Source: Narcine bancroftii
Lineage: Eukaryota
Direction of reading: 5' to 3'
Assembly (NCBI RefSeq): GCF_036971445.1
Contig: NC_091474.1
Location: forward strand, 42,346,001-42,410,000
DNA: 64,000 nt
The notes beneath the pieces are model-generated. The model was not told where the DNA came from, did not search any database, and worked only from the letters and a program-made list of their open reading frames with translations. Below, piece after piece: positions 51,620 through 64,000 of the stretch (position 1 is the stretch's first letter; the number at the start of each line of letters is the position of its first letter). Position numbers and translations under genes: made by a program.

Positions 51620-54185
51620 ACAATTATAGACCACCAAATGGGGAATGTGAATTAGAGGAACAAATTAGTAGGGAGATAGCAAATATTTGTAATAAGCACA
51701 GGGTAGTGATTGTGGGGGATTTTAATTTTCTGAATATTGATTGGGAAACCCATTCTGTAAAAGGGCTGGATGGGTTGGAGTTTATAAAATGTGTGCAGGA
51801 TAGCTTTTTACATCAATATGTGGAGGTACCAACTAGAGTGTTGGATTTACTTTTGGGGAATGAGATGGGTCAGGTGACGGAGGTATGTGTGGGGGAGCAC
51901 TTCGGGTCCAGTGATCATAATGCCATTAGCTTCAAGGTAATTATGGAAAAGGAGAGGTCTGGGCCCAGAGTTGAGGTTTTTGAGTGGGGAAAAGCTAGGT
52001 TTGAGGAGATGCGAAAGGATTTACAAGGGGTGGATTGGGAGAATTTTTTGGAAGGATGTAATAGAGAAATGGAGGGTCTTTTTAAAGGAGAGACTTTAAG
52101 AGTACAAAATCTTTATAAACCTGTTAGGTTGAAAGGTCAGGTCAAAAGTTTGAGAGAGCCATGGTTCTCAAGGGATATTGGAAACTTGGTTTGAAAAAAG
52201 AGGGAGTACTACAATAAATATAAGAAACAGGGAAAAAAGGAAATGTTTGGATACTATATTGAATGTAAAAAGAATCTTAAGAAATAAATTAGAAAAGCTA
52301 AAAAGTATGAGGTGGCTATAGCAAGCAGGGTGAAAATAAATCCAAAGGGTTTCTACAAATATGTAAATAGCAAAAGGAAAGTGAGAGATAAAATTGGTCC
52401 AATAGAGAATCAGAAAGGACACATGTGTGTGGAGCCAAAAGAGATGGGGAGGTCTTGATCAATTTATTTTCCTCAGAATTAACTGAGGAGAAGGATATTG
52501 AACTGTGCAGGATAAAGGAAGTAAAGGGGGTATGTATATATGGAGACTATAGTGATTAAGAAAGAGTTAGTACTGGAGCTTTTGAAACATATAAAAGTGG
52601 TCTTCACAGGATTTTCCCCAGGACCTTGAGAGAAGTTAGTGAGGAAATAGCAGAGGCTCTGGCAGTGATTTTTCAAATGTCATTAGAGATGAGTGACGAA
52701 GGATTGGCGTGTTGCACATGTGGTTCCTTTGTTTAAAAAGGGTTCGAGGAGCAAGCCTAGCAATTATCGGCCTGTAAGTTTGACGTCTGTGGTAGGTAAA
52801 TTGATGGAAAGAATTCTTAGAGATAATATATATAAGTATATGGAGGGACAGGGTCTGATCAGCAACACTCAACACAAATTTCTGCATGCAAGGTCGTGTT
52901 TGACAAATCTTGTTTAATTTTTTGAAGAGGTGACTAGGAACGTTGATGAGGGTAGAGCAGTGGATGTTGTCTATATGGACTTCAGTAAGGTCTTCAATAA
53001 GGTTCCGCATGGGAGGTTAGTTAGGAAGGCTAAGTCCTTGAGTATTAATTTGGAGATAGTCAAATGGATTCAATAGTGGCTGGGAGGAAGGTGCCAGAGA
53101 GTAGTAGTAGAAAATTGTTTGTCAGGATGGGGACTGGTGATAAGCGGTGTACCTCAGGGTTCGGTATTGGGACCGTTGCTGTTTGTCATATATATATATA
53201 TATATTAATGATCTGGAGGATGAGGTGGTAAATTGGATTAGTAAATATGCAGATGATGCTAAAATAAGGGGGAAATGTGGATGATGAAGAGGGTTTTCAA
53301 AGATTGCAGAGGGATTTAAACTGCTTAGATGAGTGGGCAGAAAGATGGCAGATGGAGTTTAATGCTGATATGTGTGAGGTGCTTAATTTTGGAAAAAATA
53401 ATCAAAGCAAGACATATGTGGTAAATGGGAGGGCGTTGAAGAATGCAGTGGAGCAGAAAGATCTAGGAATAACAGTGCATTGTTCCCTGAAGGTAGGAGC
53501 GCATGTGGATAGGGTGGTGAAGAAGGCCTTTAGTATGCTTGCCTATATAAATCAGTGCATAGAATCTAGGAGTTGGGAAGTAATGATGAAACTGTACAAG
53601 GCATTGGTGAGGCCAAATTTAGAGTACTGTGTGCAGTTCTGGTCACTGATTTATAGGAAGGATATTAACAAAATAGAGAGAGTGCAGAGAAGATTTACAA
53701 AAATGTTGCCTGGGTTTCAGCATCTGGAATACAAGGAAAGATTGAACAAATTAGATCTTTATTCCTTGGAATGTAGAAGGCTGAGAGGGGATTTGATAGA
53801 GAGGTGTTTATGATAATGAGAGGGATAGATAGAGTTGATGTGGAAAGGCTTTTCCCATTGAGAGTAGGAGAGATGGATACAAGAGGTCATGGGTTGAGAG
53901 TTGACGGGCAAAGGTTTAGGAGTAACATGAGGGGGAACTTCTTTACTTAGAGAGTGTCTAAGTAAACAGACACTCTGTGTGGAATTGGTTTCCGGGAAAG
54001 GTGGTGGAGGCAGGGTCAATTTTGTCATTTAAGAAAGAGTTGGATAAGTATATGGATGGGAGGGGGATGGAGGGATATGGGCAGAGTGCTGGTAAGTGGG
54101 ATTAGAGGAAGGTACTTGGTTCAGTGCAGACTAGAAGGGCCAAATTGGCCTGTTTCCATGCTGTAATTGTTATATGGTTATATGG
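51620..54185 (+). mobile_element. CR1 LINE, most of ORF2 (APE, RT) plus 3' UTR, pseudogenised
   Basis: YRPPN, VIVGDFNF, GEHFGSSDHN, DWRVAHVVPLFKKG..NYRPVSLTSVVGK, SGVPQGSVLGP, KYADD and WQMEFN. Tail is (GTTATATG)n. Confidence 0.93.
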
Positions 54186-54189
54186 TTCA

Positions 54190-57100
54190 CCTCTTTCTGT
54201 CTGTAATGGACCAACATTTGTCTTAACTTACCTATTCACCCTTTCTCCTGCTTCAAGAGCTCTTCCTCCTCCTGGATGCCTCCTCCTGGTAAGCTGGCCA
54301 CTCTGGACCTTTTTATCTCCAACTGCTGCTGGAACATCAACCATCTCAACTTCACTAACCCCTCTCCTACTCCATCCAACCTCACCTCCTCAGAACACTC
54401 CACCCTCCACTCTCTCTGCAACAGCCCTCAACTTACTATCAAACCCACAGCAAGGGTGGTGCTGTTGTAGTCTGGCGCACTGCCTCTAACTTGCTGAGGC
54501 TAGTCGACAGCTCTCAGACACCCCGCACAGGACTCCATCATCACCCATCAAACCACCCTCCAACACCATCTCTCACCTCATCGTCTCTGGGCAGCCCCCC
54601 CCCCCCCCCACAGCTACCAACCTCAATGTCTCCCATCCTCGCACTGCCCATTTCTATCTTCTACCCAAGGTACACAAACCTAACCTTCCAGGAAGACCCA
54701 CTGTCTCTGCTTGCTCTTGCCTCTTGCTTCATGGAACTAATTTCATCCTACCTTCACTCCATTTTTCTCCCCTAGTTCAATCAATCCCCACCTACATCTG
54801 TGACACCTCACACACCCTCCACCACCTCCAAGACTTCAGATTCCCCAAACCGGAGTGCCTCATCTTCTCGATGGATGCCCAATCCCTTTACACCTCCATT
54901 CCCCACACAGAAGGCCTCAAAGCACTTCGCTTTTTCCTGGACCTCAGACCTGAACGGTCACCTTCCACCACCACCCTTCTCTGCCAGGCAGAACTTGTCC
55001 TCATCCTTAACAATGTTTCATTTCACTCATCCCACTACCTCCATATTAAAAGATTAGTCATGGGTACTGGCATGGGTCCCAGCTATGCCTGTCTGTTTGT
55101 GGGCTTTGTGGAGTAAAACATGTTCCAAGCCTTCACAGACAAGACCCCCCCCCCCCAACTCTTCCTCCAGTACATAGACGACTACACCGGGGCGGCCTCG
55201 TGGACCCGCGATGAGCTTGTCAATTTCATCAATTTCGCGGCCAATTTCCACCCGGACCTCAAACTCACCTAGTCCATCTCTGATAACACTCTTCCTTTCC
55301 TGGAACTCTCTGTCTCTATCTCAGGAGACAGATTCTCCACTGACATTTATTACAAACCCTCTAACTCCCACAACTCCTTGGACTACTTGTCCTCACACCC
55401 TGTCCCCTGCAAGGACTCCATCCCTTTATCTCAATTTCTCTGCCACATCTGCTCCCAAGATGAGGTCTTCCCGACCAGAGCCTGCCTTCTTCCACAAACG
55501 TGGCTTCCACTCCACCCCTATTAACTCGGCCCTCACCCACATCTCCTCCATTCCCCGCTCATTTCCCCTAGCTTCCCCTGTCCTCAGAAACAACACAGAA
55601 TCTCCCTTGTCCTCACCTACCACCTCACCAGCCTCCGCATCCAACACATTATACGCCAGAACTTTCGGCACTTACTACAGGACCCCACACCAGACACACT
55701 TTTCCTTCTCCTCCCTCTCAGCCTTCCGCTCCCTCCGCAACTCCTTTGTGAACTCATCCATCCCCACCCATCACCCCCCTTCTCCAGCACCTTCCACTGT
55801 GGTCGTACGAGGTGTAATACCTGCACCCACACCTCCTCCCTCATCACGGTCTGAGAGCCAAAACTGACCTTTGAGGTGAACCTGTACCTCCAAAGAACTC
55901 ATTTACTGCATCCGGTGCACCCTCTGTGGCCTTCTCTACATTAGAGAGCCCGGTCGCAGATTAGGAGATCGCTTCGCCCAGCACCTCCCCTCTGTCCACA
56001 ACAAAAGCGACCTCCCCGTAGCCAACCATTTAAATTCTGAGTCACACTCTCAAGCTCACACGTCTATCCATGGCCTTTCACACAACCCTGACCACCTGCA
56101 GATTGGATGAACAACACCTCATTTTTCATCTGGCCACCCTCCAACCCCAGGACATGAACAATGAGTTCACTGCATTCCACTAATCAGCTTGCTTTTTTCC
56201 CCCCTCCCCCTAACTTTAACTAGTTATTCCATTTCCTACTTTTTTTCTCTCTCCACATAGCTTAGACTCCCCCCCCCCCTTGCGGTTTCTCCCTCCCACT
56301 CCATCCATCATCTCCCACCCTCACCACCCCCCTTCCCACTTTTGTTCAGACATCTCTCATGTTCCCCCACACCTTGATGAAGGCCTCCAGCCCAAAATGT
56401 TGGTGATGTATCTTCACCTTTGCTACATATAGGCACTGTTTAACCTGCTGAGTTTCTCCAGTATTTGTGTGTTTTTTCTCTTTACATATCTATAAAAGCT
56501 TTTATGGTCATTTTTTATGTTTCCTGCCAGCTTTCTCTCATAATCCCTTTTACCTTTTCTAATTAATCTTTTCTGTTGTCTTCTTCTGTTGATCTCTGAA
56601 TTTCTCCCAGTCCTCAGGAATACTGTTTTTTCTGGCTAATTTATATACTGCTTCTTTGGATTTGATCCTCTCCCTGATTTCCCTTGTTAGCCATGGATGC
56701 ACGACCTTCCTTGATTTATTCTTTTTCCAAACTGGGATGTGTGATTGTTGTATTTCATCCAAGCTATCTTTAAATGATCGCCATTGCATTTCCACTGTTA
56801 GTCCTTTAAGTACGTTTTGCCAATCTATCTTAGCCAATTCACGTCTCGTATCATCAAAGTTACCCTTCTTTAAGTTTAGAACCTTTGTATTTGAATTAAC
56901 TCTGCCACTCTCCATCTTCATGAAGAATTCCACCATATGTGGTCACTCTTGCCCTAGGGGCTTCTCACAACAAGATTGATAATTAACCCCTCCCCATTAC
57001 TCAATTCCCAGTTTAGAATGGCCTGTTCCCTTGTTGGTTCCTCGACATGCTGGTTTAGAAAACAATCCCGCATACATTCTAAGAAATCCTCTTCCTCCTT

Positions 57101-57330
57101 ATCCTTACCAATTTGGTTCACCCAATCTACATGTAGATTAAAGTTGCCCATTATAACTACTGTATCTTTGTTGCAAGTATTTCCAATTTCTGTTTAATCC
57201 CCTCCCTAACCTCAATGCTACTGATTAGGTGGCCTATACACAACTCCCACTGGTGTCTTCTGCCCCTTAGTGTTTCTCAGCTCTACCCATATCGATTCCA
57301 CATCCTCCAAACTAATATCCTTCCTTTCTA
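54190..57330 (-). mobile_element. CR1 LINE (APE/linker region) split by a Penelope insertion
   Basis: IMGNFNLHVDW..FLNQHVEEPTREQAIL and LNLKKGNFD. FYRYVK (about 56490) continues as KTNVGPLQTE (about 54225) across the Penelope element. Confidence 0.8.
54240..56478 (+). mobile_element. Penelope-like element (RT plus GIY-YIG), pseudogenised
   Basis: FYLLPKVHKPNLPGRP, FSMDAQSLYTSIPH, MGTGMGPSYACLFVG, QYIDD, LIYCIRCTLCGLLYI and RRLGDRFAQH. Terminal segment CTTGATGAAGG..CCTGCTGAGTTTCTCCAG. Confidence 0.92.
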
Positions 57331-57339
57331 TATGCTCAT

Positions 57340-59335
57340 ACCTGAAAATAACAGAATATTGTATTAGCAATAACAAACTTGTTTTTAATTATTCAAATAA
57401 CATAAGTTGCCCCTGAACAAAACAATCCTCTATGAAGCTGATCCCTTTTCGGGACCAGGTATACAAAATCTTATTACCCATTATTAAAGATGTAAGTCTA
57501 TTCTAATAGAGTCAGGGGTGTTTTGGAGATAGTTCCCCCCACCCCAACTTAATCCCCATCTGGTCATTTATTTTGCTCCAAATATTAATTATATCTTTTA
57601 ACCAAGGGGCTTCTTTCTCACCAGATATTAATTTTGAGTTCCATTTATATATAAAATCCTCTGCTATTTTCTCTCCCACTTTATACAGTTCTATTTTCAC
57701 CCATGAAGACCTTTCTTCTCCCTTGAATAGGGAGGTAAGAAATTTAGTCTGTGCTGCCCAATAATCATTTTTACAGTTTGGGAGTTGTAAACCTCCCAGC
57801 TCATATTTCCGTGTTAATATTTCTGTGGAAACTCTAGTCATCTTCCCTTTCCAGAGAAATTTTCTGACATGTTTATTTAGTTCCTCATAAAACCTCTGAG
57901 GCAATGGTATGGGTAGTGTCTGAAAGAGATATTGTATTCTTTGAAATATATTCATTTTTACACATTTGACTCTACCATTTAGTGTTATTGGCAGAGGCTA
58001 TTCAAATCTTCTTCAACCTTCTTAATACTTGAATTTGTATAAATTCTGTAAATTATTATCTGTTTTAATCCCTAAATATTTTATCGCATTTGGCAGCCAT
58101 TTAAATTTGATATTGACTATAATCCCTACCTGTAAGTGGCATAATTTCACTCATCCCAATTTATTTTATAAACCAAGACTTTCTTCATACATTTCTAGTT
58201 TTGAGTACAATTTCTGTAATTAAATTACTGGTTCTGTCAAATATATCAATACATCATCTGCAAGTATATTAATCTTATATTCCTCCTGGTTAACCCTGAA
58301 TCCCCTAATGTCTGGATCTCATCAAATTGCTTCGGCTAACGGTTTGATAGCCAAGATAAAGAGAGCCAGAGATAGTGGACATCCTTGTCTATTAGATCTA
58401 GTTAATGGGAATGGTGGAGAAATTAGTCCATTAGTTACAACTTTGGCTTTAGGTTCAGAATATAATACCCTGATCCAATTTATTAAAAATTGCTCTAATC
58501 CAAATCTTTCCAGCATTTTAAATTTTTAAAAAATTCATTCCAGTCTATCAAATGCCTTTTCTGCAACCAGGGCCACAGCTATGCTCAAATCACCTCTCAT
58601 TTGAGCCAAATGAATGATACTAAGCAAGGCTGCTTCCATTATCAACAGACTGTTTCTTTTGCTCAAAGTCTGTTGATCCATAGTTATTAATTTCAGCAAA
58701 AATTTCACCAGTCTGTTTGCCAAGGCTTTGGCAATAATTTTATAATCCGAATTCAAAAATGAAATAGGTCTATAAGATGATGGTTTCAGTGAGGCCCTAT
58801 CTTTTTTAAGTATCATGTAATTATTGCCATTGAAAAGTATTCCAGGAGAGTACATGCCTCAACTGCCTGATTTAACACCTCCATAAAGAGACATATCAAA
58901 ATATCCTTAAATGTTTTGTAAAATTTAGGGGGAACCCATCCTCCCCTGGAGACTTGTTGACCTGCAAAGAACTCAAGGCCTCCCCTATCTCCATCTAAGT
59001 GAAAGGGGCATTGAGTCCTTCTTGTTCTTCTAAATCTAAATTTGGATATTCCAAATGTGAGAGGAACTCTTCAATTGTATTACTATTTCCTTGAGGATCT
59101 GTTCAATATAATTTAGAATAAAATGATCTTAAAGGCTTATTAATTTCTTGTGGTTTGTAAGAAGTCCTGTTTGTATCTGTTTTGGCCCCATTGATTGTTC
59201 TCGAGACTTGTTCTGCTTTCAACTGCCAGGAAAGGACCTTAGTTCATAGTATCTTTGTTTAGTTCTTAATATTGTCTTTTCTGTTTTATATGTTTGTAAT
59301 GTATTGTACTTGAGTTTTTAATTAATAAGTAATAT
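57340..59335 (-). mobile_element. L1-clade LINE ORF2 RT region, degenerate
   Basis: KSPGEDGFP, SYRPISFLNSDYKIIAKALANRL, AEKAFDRLE, RQGCPLS, LADDVLIYL and YLFQTLP..GGLQLPN. Confidence 0.9.
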
Positions 59336-59358
59336 ACGTTTTACTTCAAAACCCCAAT

Positions 59359-59496
59359 GGGAATAGTATCATAAAGGCAAATCCTGATAGACTTTGCCCA
59401 TTACAAGAGCTTCCTGCACCAGAAAAGTTGCAATCCTTAAAAAGGGTACTGGGGATGTTTGCTTATTATGCCAAATAGATTCATTGGTTTTATGAC
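59359..59496 (+). mobile_element. Gypsy-type pol remnant (RT C-terminal/connection region)
   Basis: GNSIIKANPDRLCPLQELPAPEKLQSLKRVLGMFAYYAK*IHWFYD matches the PDPERLRPL.ELP.P..LKR.LG.F.YY..W pattern. Confidence 0.75.
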
Positions 59497-59695
59497 ATGA
59501 AATACAGAGAAGTTTCTAATGGAGGAAAAGGCCATGAATGCACTTTCCTCCACTCACCTTAAAAATATGTCCTCTGGTATTAGCTATTGTCGCCCCAGCA
59601 AAACGGTGCTGGTTACCCACCCTGTCTAAACACCTCATCATCTTATATACAGGCCTTTCCTTTTGCTCCAGTGCTGATCTCCTTACACTGTAACC

Positions 59696-60069
59696 CAGGG
59701 TTTCCCAAACTTTCTCTTTCCACTCACATACCGCCTTAAGTAATCCCTACGCCATCGGTGCTCTGTGATTAGTAAGGGATTACTTAAGGTGGTATGTGAG
59801 TGGGAAGAGAAGGTTGATAACCACTGCTCTAGACCCAATTGCTACTGAAATATTTTGCTTGAGAAAAATGGTCATTGGCCCAGTTCCTTTGGAGTTATGA
59901 AACCGTGCACATAACGAGAAAATTAGGAACGATTAAACAGTGGTTTTCAAACTTTTTCTTTCCACCACATATCACTTTAAGTAATCTCTCACTAATAACA
60001 GAGCACCTATGGCAAAGGAATAACTTAAGGTTGTAGGTGAGGGGGAAAGAAATCATTTTGGAAACCCTA
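59696..60069 (-). mobile_element. Composite hAT MITE, copy 3 (opposite orientation)
   Basis: Two palindromic units and the same spacer in reverse complement (CTCTAGACCCAATTG...). Outer TIRs CAGGGTTTCCCAAA/TTTTGGAAACCCTA. Confidence 0.85.
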
Positions 60070-60429
60070 CGTAAACTGTTAGATCTTGGGAAGGCTACAA
60101 TCTAAACCGTGCATTTTCCATCTTGCAGAATTCCACTCTCCTTCGGATTCACCCAGGTTCTCCATTCCCTCTCCTGGTTTCACCTGCCTTTTACCCACAC
60201 ACTATAGCTCCTGGGTTTCCCATCCCATCACATAACTGGCCGCTCCGTAACCTGCTTCCACTTTTTCACCTTTTAGGCCCGCGTCTCCACCCCCGTCCTC
60301 CCCTCTGCGCACCAAGTGCTGCCTTTTTTTTTCTCTCCTTACCTCTCTCTACTTTCCCCCACCAACCACCATCTCCAACACCCCTTCTCCCTCTCATCTG
60401 CTCATCACCGCTCCTCTCACCTATATGTA

Positions 60430-61020
60430 TGCAAAAGAGAAGAATATAAACAAATTGACTGGCCAATACAGAAAAAAAACATCAGTAATAAATAATGTGC
60501 AAAGTAAGTCTCCTTAAATTAATCTCTGGTTAAGTTTGTTGTTAAGGAGTCTGCTGGTGAAGGGATTCATCTGTTCCTGAACCTAGTGTTATGAGTCTTG
60601 TGACACCTAGACCTCTTTCCTGATGCAGCAGCGAGCACCTGGCTGGTGTGGATCCTTGATGATTGTTGCTCCTCTCCGACGGCAGCGTTCCCTGTAGGAT
60701 GGTAGGGAAGGTTTTGCCTGTGATGTACTGGACTGTGTCTTTGCAGGGCTTTCCACTCAAGAGAGATTGCCCCCCACCCCCCATACAAAGCTGTGATGCA
60801 GCTGGTCAGCACACTTTCCACTTCACACCTGTAGAAGTTTGCCAAGGTTTTTGATGTCATACCTGCGCAAACTCCTGAGGAAGTAGAGGTGCTTTCTTCA
60901 GGATGCCATTAGTATGTTGGGTCCAGGAAAGCTTACTCAAGATTGTGACTCCCAAGAATTTAAATTTGTTCCCCCTCTCCCCCTCTGACTCCTCAATGAT
61001 CACTGGATCATGCACCTCTG
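60430..61020 (-). mobile_element. Rex1/Babar-type LINE 3' fragment
   Basis: KFKFLGVTILSKLSWTQHT and MTSKTLANFYRCEVESVLTSCITALYG. Confidence 0.8.
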
Positions 61021-61915
61021 AAGACACCTTTGACTCACACAAAAGCTACCTTCAACACTCAGGTAGGATTTGCTTCATTCAGTCTAATCTCTTTATTTAC
61101 ATGGTAGAATATTGTGTGTTAGCTCAAATGAACTTTGAATGCTGCTTGGTATGACCACTCATGCAGAGCGGACGGTTGGTGTTGTACATCATGCACATAG
61201 AGATGCCAGCAACAATCTTGCTCATTCTGGAACACGGTCTGAGTGTCCTTCAAGTGGATCAAAGTAAGTAAAACAGCTGAAAATCTAACAGAAAACACAG
61301 TGAGTTACCATGTGGTATAAAAAGTGGATGAAAGGGATTGTTCTGAGAGAGAGCACTGATTCAATAGGCCAAAAGGCCTCCTCCTATACCAGAAAGAGGA
61401 AAAATGCCCATCTGTCCTAAAAAGGGGAAGCATTTTAAATTTGTTTCAATCCCATGTGTTAACTCCAGGCTGCACAAACTTACTACTTGTATTGCAAGAT
61501 GATTTTAGTTTCAAATTTCCAAAATCCACAATATTTTATACTTGCACTGGGCCCTTAATCTGCCAGCACATCTCATCTGAGGCCTCAACTGTCCACGTTG
61601 TCTCACTCCAGGGTTCGAAGACAAATTACGTTGTCCAAACGACTGACTTTTGTTAAAGGCTGCAGTTCCACAAGATTATGTGGCTCCATTTAACGTGGGA
61701 AGGAACTTTTTTTCTTCCATGTTGGCCAGCACATTCCTTGAACCAAAACCCAAACAGATTCAATGATTATTTATCTCATTTGCTGTTTGTGCGGCCTTGA
61801 TGTGTGCTGTTTTGCATTACTCACAGCAGTGACTATGCTTCTAAAGCAGAATATGCAAACTTTGCAGCAGATTGGGAGATGCTAAAGATGCTTTCTTTAA
61901 CATAAATGTGAATTA

Positions 61916-62523
61916 CACTAGACAACAAAAATTTTGCTTAAGGAACACTTCTGGGCATATTTTATGGATTTTGGGCTGCCGATCACGAAAATCATCTTAA
62001 AACTTTCCTCTCACATACCATTTATCTGGATATAATCTATTTCTGTGATTTCCTGTCATATTTTAAGTCTACTTCAAGCATACAAAACCATGAAATGTAG
62101 CACTGAAAATTCATTTTCTGCATTCACACTTGGACTTCTTCCCTGCTGATCTTGGTGCGGTCAGTGGCGAACACGGTAAAAGGTTTCACCAGGGCATTGG
62201 AACTATGGAAAAGCAGATTCAGGGGAACTGGAATTTATCAATGCTGGCTGACTGTCATTGGACATTGACAAAAGGGGCATCAGATGCTGAGTACAAATGA
62301 AAATCAGCAGTAAAACCTATTTAGGTCAATTGAACTAACGGAATGTGTCAGCGTCATTGATTAAACAGGCTACATTCAATAAAAGTTCATTTAATATTTC
62401 TCTAACTTCCTATGTGAAAAAGCAAATCTGAAATTATCTTTGTGTTCAACTTAAAGTTGTGAATCATAATCCCGAATATTTTGTCAGGAAACAAACCTTT
62501 TGAAAAAAATGTATTGTTCAGTG
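61916..62523 (+). mobile_element. Chapaev3 deletion derivative retaining the transposase C-terminus
   Basis: TTA|CACTAGACAACAAAA ... TTGTTCAGTG|ATA. 62103-62297 reads LKIHFLHSHLDFFPADLGAVSGEHGKRFHQGIGTMEKQIQGNWNLSMLADCHWTL..AEYK. Both ends align with 11774-12559. Confidence 0.85.
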
Positions 62524-63611
62524 ATATGAGTGGTATTCTTAAAATGTAGTCATCACTCAGTGAAGAGAAACCAGGCTTTAAGTTCAACTTGCCCTCATTC
62601 ATCGCATCCTTAATGATAGAGTCTTAACTAACATTCCCCTCTCCGGCTCAGGGACACCAACCCAGTGTAGCACCCTTGAAATTGGATCAATTGTTCAACC
62701 CAGAGGTAAAACACGAAAGTCTGAGGACACCGTGGCCGAAGTAAAAACACAATTTTGGAGAAACTCAGGTCAAACAGTAGCCTTTATATAGCAAAGATAA
62801 AGATACATAGCAGGCTTGAGTCTTTCATCCAGGTAAAATTGTTTACTTTTGATGAAGGGCTCAAGTCTTTAAAGCAAGGCAGTTAACCAACTCTAAGCTT
62901 TCAGGTTTTCTCTTCTAGTTTTAGTTTAACTTGGGAATCACGTACGGCACCGATATGTGGGGCAAAAGGCCTGTTTCTGTCTGTACTGTTTTATGTTCAT
63001 ATTTTTCCACCCACCCACCCCCCCAAAAATGTTTCAGCTGGACCTCACTGATTACACCACAATCATCAAAGTGGGTGTCGAAGGGCAACAGAGCTCCCGG
63101 ACGACCGCTGCTTTAATTCTCCATGCTATTGAATTCTTCCTGCACTATGACAAAGCACCCAACATAAGCTTGAAGAAGGACATCCCATCCTCTGGGTGCG
63201 CTGATGTCTTCCAAATTCAATGCTGAATTATGCAACTTCAAGTCACTTGCGTTCTCTGTCTGAGCTGGCCATTTCAGCTGCAAGTCATCCTGAGTGATAT
63301 CTGATCAGTTTCTCTCTCCTCGTTGATGATAGCTCATCTACTTGGTGCATCTTATAGCCCAAATTTTGCAGATTTTACATCTTTTTTGTTCTCACTCTAA
63401 TTGTTCTTATTAACTTTTTTATCTCCATTAAACTGCCCCATTAAATCGTCAGTCAGATGATTGTACAACTTGTCTCTAAGGAAACTCTGGTCTCATTCAC
63501 TTTACCTATCCTCCCATCTCAAATCTCAAGTAATTCGTTTTCCCTCCTTCCGATTTCTGATGAAGGTTATTTGATCTGAACGATTAACCCTGATTCTCTT
63601 TCCTGAGTTGC

Positions 63612-63753
63612 NNNNNNNNNNNNNNNNNNNNNNNNNNNNNNNNNNNNNNNNNNNNNNNNNNNNNNNNNNNNNNNNNNNNNNNNNNNNNNNNNNNNNNNNN
63701 NNNNNNNNNNNNNNNNNNNNNNNNNNNNNNNNNNNNNNNNNNNNNNNNNNNNN
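63612..63753. other. Assembly gap (142 N)
   Basis: Run of N. Confidence 1.
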
Positions 63754-64000
63754 TCTGGGGAGTTTATTTTACACTCTCTACAATACAACCCCAAGTAGGT
63801 GTCAATTACTTCCCCCTCACAAATGGTTACCCTCAGAAAAAACAAACTCCATGAGGGAAAGTGGAGCATAGAGCAATCCCCGCTCTGGCACTGAGCCAGG
63901 CAATCTACCTGAAACATCAAATGTCCATGTCCTTCCTTGAGTGCTGCCTGACCTTCTGGGTTCCTCCAGCAGTATGTCATTTTAGGCCAGCATCTACAGG

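Noticed and set aside
61150-61290. Short ORF ending at an AA|GTAAGT donor
   Set aside because: No recognisable homology and no supporting acceptor or downstream exon.
63567-63980. ORFs spanning 63.6-63.9 kb
   Set aside because: Artefacts of reading through the N gap.

Overview
This is eukaryotic, AT-rich, almost entirely transposon-derived DNA, either intergenic or deep in an intron. The repeat content points to a cartilaginous fish, probably a ray or skate (inference): HE1/V-SINE-like tRNA SINEs, CR1, Rex1/Babar, L1/Tx1, Penelope and RTE. I recognise no host protein-coding gene, tRNA, rRNA or CRISPR array; the ORFs I can assign are TE fragments or their antisense frames, and the rest match nothing I recognise. 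Best-supported structures: seven young AviRTE-like RTE copies; three copies of a composite double-hairpin hAT MITE; two complementary Chapaev3 deletion derivatives; two solo LTRs with 4-bp TSDs, one carrying a 23-bp hairpin around an ETS/CRE palindrome; a ~380-bp local inverted duplication; Penelope elements with degenerate hammerhead-ribozyme motifs; and a nested TE stack at 50-60 kb. I found no convincing wholly new biological system. Family assignments come from recalled motifs, not database searches. Boundaries of old degenerate elements are approximate (tens of bp).
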